Assembly (NCBI GenBank): GCA_964016885.1
Contig: OZ024742.1
Span: 34,472,001 to 34,536,000 of the forward strand
DNA from: Eledone cirrhosa
Taxonomy: Eukaryota
Direction of reading: 5' to 3'
Length of the DNA: 64,000 nucleotides
Under the pieces are notes generated by a model, which saw nothing but the letters and a program-made list of their open reading frames with translations, ran no database searches and was not told where the DNA came from. Positions 44,954-57,515 of the stretch are shown one piece after another. Each line of letters starts with the position of its first letter. Position 1 is the first letter of the stretch. Position numbers and translations under genes: made by a program.

Positions 44954-47029
44954 TTAGGGAGAAGTGTTTAGACGGGGTCCGTATTTGTTAATAAAGTAAG
45001 ATTCCTTGCTGATGCGCTGGGTGTGGGTGGCATTATCTTTAAATTTGTAGAGGGGAAATATTCTGAAGTTGGGATGATTTTGAGCGGCACAGGTATCAAT
45101 GTGTTCACTCAGTGGTATTTTCCTGTATTCCTGTATTTTAATTTGGGATCTATGGACAGTCATGCGTTGGCGGAGGCTGTTTTTGGTCTGGCCTATGTAT
45201 TGTTCTCGACAACCTGAGCAAGTTAATACATATATTAGATTTTCCGATGCACATGTGAAATTGTGTTTTACTATAAAACGTTGTCCTTCTTTGAAATAGA
45301 ATTCCGAACCCTCTATTAGGTTGATGCAAATGCCACAGTTGGGTCTATCGCATTTTATTACTGTGGGTTTCGTTGTTGTGGTTGGCAGTACTTTGGCATG
45401 TGTTAGGATGTTTTTCATTGACTTAGATTGTCTTTTGCTCTTTATGATATCGTGTGTTCGCAGGATTTGGTTCATTCTATGGTCCTTTTTCAACACAGGG
45501 ATGTTCTGGAGGATGGTGTCAAAGGCCTCATTGTTGAGGGGATTGTGTGTGGAGATGTATGGAAGAGCTTTTAGTTTCGGTTGATTTACTTTAGGGTGTC
45601 TAAGGTCCTGGGTACTGAGTTTTAGGGCACGTTGGATTCCATTGTCAATTAGTGATGCAGGATAGTCCCTGTCTATGAGTGTGTCCTTTAGTTCTTGTAG
45701 CCGTAAGTAGCAGGTGTTTTTATTGGAGACTATAGTACAGATTCTCTTTGCTAAGTTGTAGGGAATATTAATTTTAACGTGTCTAGGGTGGCAAGAGTTG
45801 AAAGGAAGATATTGCTTGGAGTCTGTGGGCTTGTAGTATATGTTTGTTTCTATTTTTTTGTTATGGATCTTAATGAGGATGTCGAGGAAGGGGAGTTGTT
45901 GATGGCTGTATTCCATCGTGAAGTTAATATTCGTGTTGAGCCCATTTATAAGGGTGTGAAATTCTTTAAGTTTCTCGATGTTTTCGTGCCAAAGGATGAA
46001 GCAGTCATCTAGATATCGCTTCCAGTTCCTTTCTATGTGTAAGTGGAGAGTGTTTCCAAATTTGTTTAGGACTTTAGTGTAGAGAGTGATTTCCAGGTAT
46101 CCCATGACTAGGTTGCCATAAGTGGGGGCTGTTTTCGTTCCCATAGCGGTCCTAGATTTCTGCCTGTAGGATTTGTTATTGAAAACGAAGTAATTGTTCT
46201 CCAAGATAAATTTGAGTCCCTCTATCACGAATTCTTTTTTGATGCGTTGTGGGAGTTCATTGTGGTAATTATCCAGCCAGAATTGGATAGCTTCTATTCC
46301 TAGGTTGTGAGGGATGTTGGAGTATAGGTTGACTACATCGAACGTCACTAGTAGGGTTTGTTCAGAAAGTGGCATATTAGGGAGGTGATTGAGCATATCT
46401 AGGTCGTCCCTTATATAGCTTTTGATGTGTTTGAGAAAAGGCTTGAGAAGGGTATCAATGAAGTTGCTAAGGCGGTGGGTTTCGCAAGCGGGGCCTGCTA
46501 TTATAGGTCTTAATTTGAGATCATTGGGTGAGGGGACATTGATGACTATGTCTGTGGCTTCCTTGCATGCCTTACTTATTAATTCGCTTTTATGTACTTT
46601 AGGGATACCGTAGAAAAGGGTGGATTTACTTGTGAAGTCTGTGATGAAGCTGAATTCCTTGTTAGTGAGTCCTTCTTTGTATTGGTTGATTAGAGTTTTT
46701 AGGTTTCTCATGATTTTCTGTTGATTGTAGTCTTCAGCCTTTTCGTAGTATGTTTCGTTTTCCAAAGTGGAGAGCGCTAAGTTGATATAGAATTCTGTCT
46801 CCATTAGGACTACTGTACTCCCTTTATCAGCCTCTTTAATTGTAATGGTTCTGTCGGTTTTTAATCTATTTAATTCTTCCCATTCTTTCTTGTTGAGGTT
46901 TGGCTTGTATTTTAGTCTGTGCAAGTGTTGGTAAGGGAAGTTTGTGATGTGTTCACAGAATTCGTCCAGGATTTTAATTCTACCTTTTGATGGGGTGTAA
47001 TTGCTTCTATTTCTGGCTAATGATTCATC

Positions 47030-47032
<3 letters not shown>
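44954..47032 (-). CDS. PLE reverse transcriptase plus GIY-YIG endonuclease (about 690 aa uninterrupted, N-terminus missing)
   Basis: KEADKG, FYGIPKVHK, LRPII, FDVVNLYSNI, TAMG, RYLDD, LPFLD, YYKPTD, CxxxxCxxC linker, LIYVLTCSGCREQYIGQT, R..H, E, LN. The listed ORF's first about 50 aa come from upstream (TA)n and flank. Confidence 0.9.
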
Positions 47033-47112
<80 letters not shown>

Positions 47113-47289
47113 AGAAGCAAAATTTGCTTATTGTGATCCAGTTCTTGGTTAAGAAAGCCAGTTTCATGGATGGTTTCAACGTACGGTTAGGGGTAACTCC
47201 ACAAGTTTGTAAGAATTCCGTTCAATCTTGGAGTATAAAGTATAAAAGAGAAAACACAGGTAAGCATTAAGAGAAGGATTTTATCCAGG

Positions 47290-47391
47290 TATTTACGACT
47301 GTTTCATTGGTAAGTGCAACCTTATATTGCTATACTGCAAATAGCAGCCACTCAATTATAATTGTTGTTCACAGTCCACATTTTCAAAATA
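47290..47391 (-). ncRNA. Hammerhead variant with U3/A8 core and long stem II
   Basis: tatt-TTGAAAA-tgtggactgtgaacaac...gttgcacttaccaat-GAAAC-agtc-GTA-aata. Confidence 0.5.
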
Positions 47392-48369
47392 GTGAGTAAG
47401 TTACTCTTGAAATAATTGTTAATATATAGAGAAAAACATTTATTTTAGAATTGTATTTACTAGTATATAGAGAGAGGAATCAGAAGGTGAGGGGACAAAC
47501 GGAATAGTATAGAGAGAGTGGAAGGGGGAAGAGTTAGGAAGTAGAATGACAAACTGAGATGGAGGGAGGGGTAGAGGTGGAAGGATTCCTTGGTCAGTTT
47601 TGTTAGCAGACTTCATGTCGTGGAATGTAGTGATCATAGTGGGAGGGATGATAGAGAGGGAGAGAGAAAGGGGGGAGATAAAAAGATATATATATATATG
47701 TATGTATGTATGTATGCATGTATACAAGAGCTGGAAGTATAAATATACCTATGGAGCCGAATATGAAGATAAGAAGATTCCCTGAAGGTTTAACAGCGTT
47801 AGGAGCAGTGAAGTGTGATGTAACGAAAATCGATTAACGAAAAACTTCCAGGTAAATCTTGCATATGTAAAGCTCTTAATATCCTGCTTTTGAGAAATAT
47901 TTCGTCTCGTGTCGAATAGCTGAATGGTTGGCTGCATGGATATGGTGTTTGCCTCGCAATCATGAAGAGCCAATAGTCCTAGGTAGATCCAAGCCTTGTT
48001 TTTTAAAGTATGTGTAGAAATCCAACCGATGGATTGTACCTGTAATTCAACGTTTCATCATAGTTACATGTTTTGTCACGTTGGTTCAGATCGGGTAATT
48101 AGCTTGATGTACATGGAATACTCTACTTGTTACTCGTTAATTCATGACCGGGATATTCACTTGAAGGAAAAAGTGAATGATAACTGAATGCTCTTGTCTA
48201 AACCAATGGCGTATCTATCATATTTGTAATGTACTATTGACAACAAAACGTAAAAGGTCAATAGACAGTCAAGAGCTCCCTGTTGATTTCATCTATTAGA
48301 AATAACGGCAGCACATCCCTTAAATTACATACACAACGCACACACCGCGCACACACACATACACGCACG

Positions 48370-48475
<106 letters not shown>

Positions 48476-48737
48476 AAAGAGGGTGTGGTAAGAGACCAGG
48501 TGGGCCTAACGCACCAGAGTACTCAATAATTAGAGTAGTAGAGTGGGTAATGTGAAAAGAGGCAGGGCCCGACGGCTGAGCTCTGGCTGTTTCGACAGCC
48601 GTCGGGGTCCTGGCTCTTTTCATATATATATATATATGAAAAGAGCTTGTGCAACCATTAAATCTTGGTTGACTAAACGGAATAACCAGTTCTATTCGAT
48701 GGTGAACCACTAAACATAAATGAATATATATGTATGT

Positions 48738-48850
<113 letters not shown>

Positions 48851-49268
48851 GTACAATTAGCAGACTTCTGTACTATTGAGCTTTACTCAATCCCAGTTCC
48901 AGATTTTGTATCTATTTTAATTTCTCATGTTTCCCAAACCACCTCATATAAAAGACAAATAGCTTTCATTTAGTCTCACCCTTTCTTACTGACTATCGAT
49001 TTATCAGATTAGGGAGGGATTTAGATTCTTTTTTCTGGGTGTCTGCTTTGTGAGTTCAAATCCTGCTGGCATCTAATATACCTTTCATTATTTCGTGACT
49101 GTCTGGCCTTGTGCCAAAAGTAGAAACAATTATTTCGTGACTGTTAATTATTTGTTTTGGAAAAATTACCGTTTCAGTTTTTAAATCTCTCTTATATACA
49201 CATATATACATCAGGTCCGGACCCCAAAGAACCAAACTCCCACTGTCACTCCCTCCGTCTCTATGTAT

Positions 49269-49992
49269 ATGAGTTGTAACAACAACGAAACTAGTTCAAT
49301 ATTCCTTGTCTGGCTTTCTGGAGAATAGAGGAGAGGTGTTTCCTCAAAAACCAGTATGACTCTAAAAACCGGTTTGTCTGTGTGTTTACATACAGAATAG
49401 CTGGCCACTCACAGTAAAGTGACCAGTGAAAAAACTTGGTACACCTACATATGTATACGTGTGTGTATTCATATACATACTAGTATTTCAGTATACATAT
49501 ATGGATGTACATCTTTAACTTAATTGTTTAAGCGTCAGTCATACAAAAGTGAGTTACAAACGAAACGAAATTTAATTTCGTTTCGTTATTTGTTTTTATC
49601 GTCTCCGTTGAACCGGTACTTACTCACACTCTATGCAAATTAGTCTGCCCACTACTAATTTTCATAGAAAAAGCATATAACGATATGTGCTTTTACGATT
49701 CTCTAGAGAGGCCGGAAGATAGGTAAATATTGCTGATGAGTTGTAACAACAACGAAACTAGTTCAATATTCCTTGTCTGGCTTTCTGGAGAATAGAGGAG
49801 AGGTGTTTCCTCAAAAACCAGTATGACTCTAAAAACCGGTTTGTCTGTGTGTTTACATACAGAATAGCTGGCCACTCACAGTAAAGTGACCAGTGAAAAA
49901 ACTTGGTACACCTACATATGTATACGTGTGTGTATTCATATACATACTAGTATTTCAGTATACATATATGGATGTACATCTTTAACTTAATT
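49269..49992 (+). mobile_element. Non-coding tandem unit (467-bp period, about 1.55 copies) with a hammerhead; retrozyme-like
   Basis: 49269-49523 is repeated essentially exactly at 49736-49990; ends in (TA)n. Confidence 0.85.
49726..49770 (+). ncRNA. Minimal type I hammerhead ribozyme
   Basis: aatattg-CTGATGA-gttgt(aaca)acaac-GAAAC-ta-GTT-caatatt; perfect stems I and II, palindromic stem III ACUAGU. Confidence 0.92.
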
Positions 49993-50021
49993 ATATATAT
50001 ATATATATATATACATACACA

Positions 50022-50178
<157 letters not shown>

Positions 50179-50202
50179 GTATGAGACCACCTCATATATA
50201 TC

Positions 50203-50274
<72 letters not shown>

Positions 50275-51446
50275 GATATATATGAGGTGGTCTTTGAAAT
50301 TTGCCGAATACAGAATTCCACTCCCAGGGGAACTGGTTAACGCGTGGCTATATTACACACTTGCTCAAGCTGATGCCCGGGGGGACTGAACCCAGAATGC
50401 CTTAACTCGCCAGCCAAGACTTTAAATATACTCAGATTATAAATTCATATTTGCTCCAATAAGTATTGGTGCAATTATTTGAGTAAAAGCTTAAATGGTA
50501 TAGCCTACTTCTTCGCTGGTGATAGCCTACTTCTTCGCTGGTGTATATTTTACACTCTCCCAGAAAAGGTGAGCACTAATGTCTCCCTATTTACATTTAC
50601 ACTCATATACATACAACAAAAACGACAAGACCTTTTATATGGTCGATCGACATGCTAGACATAGCATATAAAGCGTAATGAAATTAAACTCACCACTGTC
50701 GAAAGGTTAATCACATATATATACAAATATAAGGACGGTGAAGATTAACAGTCTTTCATCGTATCTATTCAATCAGGTATGGCCTGGGATGAAACAGCAA
50801 CTATAATATGTTAGTGATTCTCTGCTCTTCCTTTGGCATTTACACCATCAGCGTGATATATGTTCATCATCTGTTCTCATTCAAAACTATATACTAGATA
50901 ATCACTATATATGGAAAGCCATGTTATTTCCATAACCTTACCTTTACGATAGCGTGTTAACACTCGAGCGTATGTATGAATATATGTGTGTGGCACGGGG
51001 GTGGGTAATACTAATATATTTGCATTAATGCCTGCTAGCTGCCAGTTTACTGTCAAACAACTCTTTCACCTAATGAAATATCCGCCCGCCGAGGGTAATT
51101 CATTGCATTCATTGCACGTTTACGTTAGTCAATCTTCTATGAAACATCTTATATAAAATAAAATTCGGGATTTTTAAACTCAGACAGTTTTACATTTAAG
51201 GGAGGATGAGTGTGGAATACGAGAAAGAAATGTTCGGATGTGAATGAAACAGTCATGTCATGGAGCTTAACCTTTAGACGTTGAATAATTTTATAATCTG
51301 ACGTAATTTCCCAATGTTAATTTTTCTTTCCAAATATAGTAACACCAAAATTTTATACTAATGGCACATTATAGATATATTTATTTTTTGTGACTTTTTA
51401 TATATATTTTGTATTTTCTTATTTCCTCGATTGCTTGTGGCAGGTT

Positions 51447-51555
<109 letters not shown>

Positions 51556-51611
51556 AGATATATATATATATATATGTAATATATATATATATATATATAT
51601 GTGTGTGTAAG

Positions 51612-52075
<464 letters not shown>

Positions 52076-52098
52076 ATATATATGTATATATATATATG

Positions 52099-52145
<47 letters not shown>

Positions 52146-52196
52146 ATATTGAATATAAAAGAGAGATAAACACAGATATAAACATACATGTGTTCA

Positions 52197-52290
52197 AATT
52201 GTAAGGTACGAAATTGTAAGGTACGAAATTGTAAGGTACGAAATTTTAAGGTACCAAGTTGTAAGGTACCAAATTGTAAGGTACCAAGTT
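52197..52290. repeat. 15-bp tandem repeat aa(a/g)ttgtaaggtac(g/c), about 6 copies, inside an inverted repeat
   Basis: Flanking arms 52145-52206 and 52370-52428 are reverse complements with indels. Confidence 0.75.
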
Positions 52291-52512
52291 TGTTTTTCTT
52301 TTTATTGATTTATTATTTTAAATTGAGTCTGGCAAACCATACAGTTTTTTCAACTTAGCGAACTTAGTCCCTTACAATTTGAACACATACATGAGTATAT
52401 GTGTTTATCTCTCTTTTATATTCAATTATATTACACGGCTCAGAAAAGCCTTTTTCTTTGAGCTATTTAAATGTAAGAGACTAGTTTGAGTTTCTAACTC
52501 AATATATACCTT

Positions 52513-52551
<39 letters not shown>

Positions 52552-52663
52552 TTGTGATAAAATGAAAACGAAATTTCATTTCTCACTCTTAGTACGGCAC
52601 TTACTTAAATGTAAGTATGTATGTATACGTACATACATATATGTATACAGACGTACAGTAACA

Positions 52664-52709
<46 letters not shown>

Positions 52710-52752
52710 CAGGTACACATACATATATGTACGTATCAGTTTAGAAGGGTAT

Positions 52753-52795
52753 ACGGTGCTGATGATAGCTAAGAAGCTTGAAACTAGTACATCGT
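52753..52795 (+). ncRNA. Minimal type I hammerhead ribozyme (400-bp family)
   Basis: acggtg-CTGATGA-t-agct(aaga)agct-t-GAAAC-ta-GTA-catcgt. Confidence 0.9.
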
Positions 52796-52906
52796 TCCTG
52801 TGTCAGTGTTGAACAAAAAGGTGACGTGGTTGCCTTAACACCGTACGGCATAAATTCAGGCTGTCAGTTTGTTTACAAACGGACAAAGCGGGCGTTATAA
52901 TAAACA

Positions 52907-54292
52907 TTGGCACATTGCAACATGTTGGCAGATTACAACATGTTGGCACATTGCAACATATTGGCACATTCCAACATATTGGCACATTGCAACATGTTGG
53001 CACATTACAACGTGTTGGCACATTGCAACATGTTGGCAGATTACAACATATTGGCACATTGCAACATGTTGGCACATTACAACATGTTGGCACATTGCAA
53101 CATGTTGGCACATTACAACATGTTGGCAGATTACAACATATTGGCACATTGCAACATGTTGGCACATTACAACATGTTGGCACATTGCAACATGTTGGCA
53201 GATTACAACATATTGGCACATTGCAACATGTTGGCACATTACAACATGTTGGCACATTGCAACATGTTGGCACATTACAACATGTTGGCACATTGCAACA
53301 TGTTGGCAGATTACAACATATTGGCACATTGCAACATGTTGGCACATTACAACATGTTGGCACATTGCAACATGTTGGCACATTACAACATGTTGGCAGA
53401 TTACAACATATTGGCACATTGCAACATGTTGGCACATTACAACATGTTGGCACATTGCAACATGTTGGCAGATTACAACATATTGGCACATTGCAACATG
53501 TTGGCACATTACAACATGTTGGCACATTGCAACATGTTGGCACATTACAACATGTTGGCAGATTACAACATATTGGCACATTGCAACATGTTGGCACATT
53601 ACAACATGTTGGCACATTGCAACATGTTGGCAGATTACAACATATTGGCACATTGCAACATGTTGGCACATTACAACATGTTGGCACATTGCAACATGTT
53701 GGCACATTACAACATGTTGGCACATTGCAACATGTTGGCAGATTACAACATATTGGCACATTGCAACATGTTGGCACATTACAACATGTTGGCACATTGC
53801 AACATGTTGGCAGATTACAACATATTGGCACATTGCAACATGTTGGCACATTACAACATGTTGGCACATTGCAACATGTTGGCACATTGCAACATGTTGG
53901 CACATTGCAACATGTTGGCACATTGCAACATGTTGGCACATTGCAACATATTGGCACATTGCAACATGTTGGCACATTGCAACATGTTGGCACATTGCAA
54001 CATGTTGGCACATTGCAACATGTTGGCAGATTACAACATATTGGCACATTGCAACATGTTGGCACATTACAACATGTTGGCACATTGCAACATGTTGGCA
54101 CATTGCAACATGTTGGCACATTGCAACATGTTGGCACATTGCAACATGTTGGCAGATTACAACATGTTGGCACATTGCAACATGTTGGCACATTGCAACA
54201 TGTTGGCACATTGCAACATGGCACATTGCAACATGTTGGCACATTGCAACGTGTTGGCACATTGCAACATGGCACATTGCAACATGTTGGCA
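52907..54292. repeat. 18-bp minisatellite, about 77 copies, with higher-order pattern
   Basis: Variants ttggcacattgcaacatg, ttggcacattacaacatg and ttggcagattacaacata. Confidence 0.95.
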
Positions 54293-54380
54293 ACAGCGTT
54301 AGCTCCCTCTAGGAGTTAATGTCCATATTGTTTTGGCTTTTGTTGCTAGTGCTGAGGATGATATCTCTGTGGTTACTAAT

Positions 54381-55102
<722 letters not shown>

Positions 55103-55605
55103 CGCCGTTTATTCTAGGAAAAGCATGGTATAATCCAATGCATCAGCTATGTCGAGTCTGCGCATCTGTAATTATAATTTGGATTGATTTCTATAATTCA
55201 TCATATTTGCAATTTGTTGCTTTATTGAAGTCTTATTTTTATTTTCTTAACCTTTGATGTTCTATTTTGAACTATATATTCAGGTAGTTGATATTGTATT
55301 GGGAGATACAGTCTGTTCGATATGATTCTGTTCTGTAGAAACTACCTCGGGCACTATATATAGATAGAGATAAAATCTAGCTGTCGTCTGTTCTACAGTG
55401 TGGATGTCATTCACTTCGCACAGAAGTTTTGTTCAAATTTATTGAGGAAATTTTGTGAGTTCAAACTTAATTTTGATACAATTGTGTAGCTTGACCCTCC
55501 GTCTGAACTGTCAGGCGGTGGGTCAGCTCATCTTTACCCCTCCTAGAGGTGAAAAACCTGTTTTAAAAAAAATTTTGTGTAAAAAATTTCAATCGTCTAA
55601 CAGAA

Positions 55606-57482
55606 ATGTTAAACGCAGCGAACGAAAATAGTGGTGGGGGGACAGCGGTAAGAGTTGTAAGCTCGCACGCTTTAGTCCTCCCTTCCTTCCCAACTAACGT
55701 CATAGAGAAGGAAGGAAAAATGAAAATAAAAACGGACGAATCTGCGGAGAAAAAATTAAATGACGAAAACAACGAAAAAAAAAAATTTGAAAAATTGCAT
55801 GACAATACTAATAACACAAACAAAGACACAACAAACAAAAAAATAACAGTTGAAAATAACATCATATCAGAAAACAAAGCAGACGACCAGATTTCATTTG
55901 CACAGAAAACAAAGAAATCTTTGACTTATATAGCGGAAAACATTTCAGATGTGGTACGAAGGATCACGGACGCAAAACAATACATAAGTGAAGGTGAGAA
56001 TGGTATTTTATTGGTAAAAATGCCACAAGAATTCACGAAAGACATTGAAAGCCGAACGGTCAAGTTTCGGACCATCAACAACAGTACAAAAAAACCTGAA
56101 CAGCCTTCTCAAGCAGATATCAAAACAGTACTCGCAGAAGTACTGAATGAAACAACTTTCATAAGAAAAGACAGACTGTATGGAAGCCTAGCAATTATCA
56201 TGAAGAACGAATCGGCGGCAAAAAAATGTGCTTTGTCACCGATTCGTTCGAAAAATTTCACCTTTTATCCATCTTATATGGGAAAAAAACTCAACGCATA
56301 TGGCTGGATGCAATGATGCCAGATGTGGACTACTGCTGGCTCATAGCTGGCTTCATCGATCCAGTGAATGACAACGTGATTTCCATTGGGAAAACCACAG
56401 GCAATCCGTTCAGTGGAACAGGTATAGAGCTGGTAGTACAAATGAAGCCTGAACGCATCGCCCAAATACCCGACAGAATCCTATTAGAGGACCACGGGTA
56501 TATAAACATTAGCGTGGAGGGGAGAAGGCCGTCCTGCCATATCTGTGCAGGCAGAGGGCACCTGAAGGCCGCTTGTCCCCAACTCAACAAAAAGAAAACC
56601 CTGCTACCAACACCAGCTCCACCACCACCACCACAACAGATAAACAAACAACAAAACTCAGTCCCACCCAACCCGTCCCTCAGTAACACCACAACACCAC
56701 CACAACACAAACAGTCACAACACATTACCCCAAAACAAAATACAGGCCCACCCAACCTCTCACTCAATAAAACAACACAACCACCGCAGACACAACACAC
56801 AACACAGTCTAACATAGTGACATCCATCTCCCCCACAAAGAAAACCAACACGGAAACATTACCAGCAAACATACCTCTTCCCTCCAACACTGAAGATAAC
56901 CCAACGAATTCGGAGGAAGAAACGGAGTCCTTCAGACAAATTAAAAGGAAAAAAAGAAAACATGTGCAAAACACACAAGGACAAACAACCCCCACCCAAA
57001 TCGCAACACAATCTAACAAAACAGAAAACACCCCTCCAGCAACAAACAAAACCAAACCTGCCCCTCCCCTCTTCGAAACACTCACACCATCGGAAAAAAA
57101 GACATTACACTATACTTACATCAACAGAAACAATAATAAATTAAATGAACTCATATACAATAATCCTTCGGTACAAACCGAAGGTGTAAACTTTGTTTCA
57201 TCAGAAAACCACCCACATTTAAAACTAATAAAAATCCCAATGAACCTCTACCAAAAACTAAAAAAGGATTTTAAGGAGGACGTAGGACCACCCTCTGTCA
57301 AACCCATAAACCGCGTCCTACTAAAAAGCTTTCCCCCTCCCCTTCCCCTCCCCAACACAACTCCAAACACCCCAACCCCACCACACACCGACGACCCCAC
57401 ACCACCACAAGACACCCCTTCACCCAACACCCCCGACCCCATGGAAGTCGTGCAACCCGAACCCCGGGAAGCGGAAAGGTAG
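55606..57482 (+). pseudogene. LINE ORF1 (zinc knuckle), one frameshift in an A-run near 56285
   Basis: Two overlapping ORFs (55606-56316 and 56226-57482); CHICAGRGHLKAAC. Confidence 0.88.
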
Positions 57483-57515
57483 GTCTCTACACTCTCCTTT
57501 GGCTCTGCCGCCCAC

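Larger units (their letters stand above)
43627..47032 (-). mobile_element. Penelope-like element (Neptune-like), 5'-truncated
   Basis: Open RT-EN frame 47032-44954, then a long presumed 3' region with tandem repeats and a hammerhead variant at 43738-43773, ending in (TA)n. Confidence 0.8.

Noticed and set aside
47740-48320. Possible decayed PLE thumb/endonuclease relic on the minus strand
   Set aside because: Only faint motif resemblance on hand translation; needs a profile search.
52803-54319. Five overlapping 460-496-aa ORFs, including a Cys-rich metallothionein/keratin-like frame
   Set aside because: The 18-bp repeat lacks stops in most frames; no splice sites or unique coding flanks seen.
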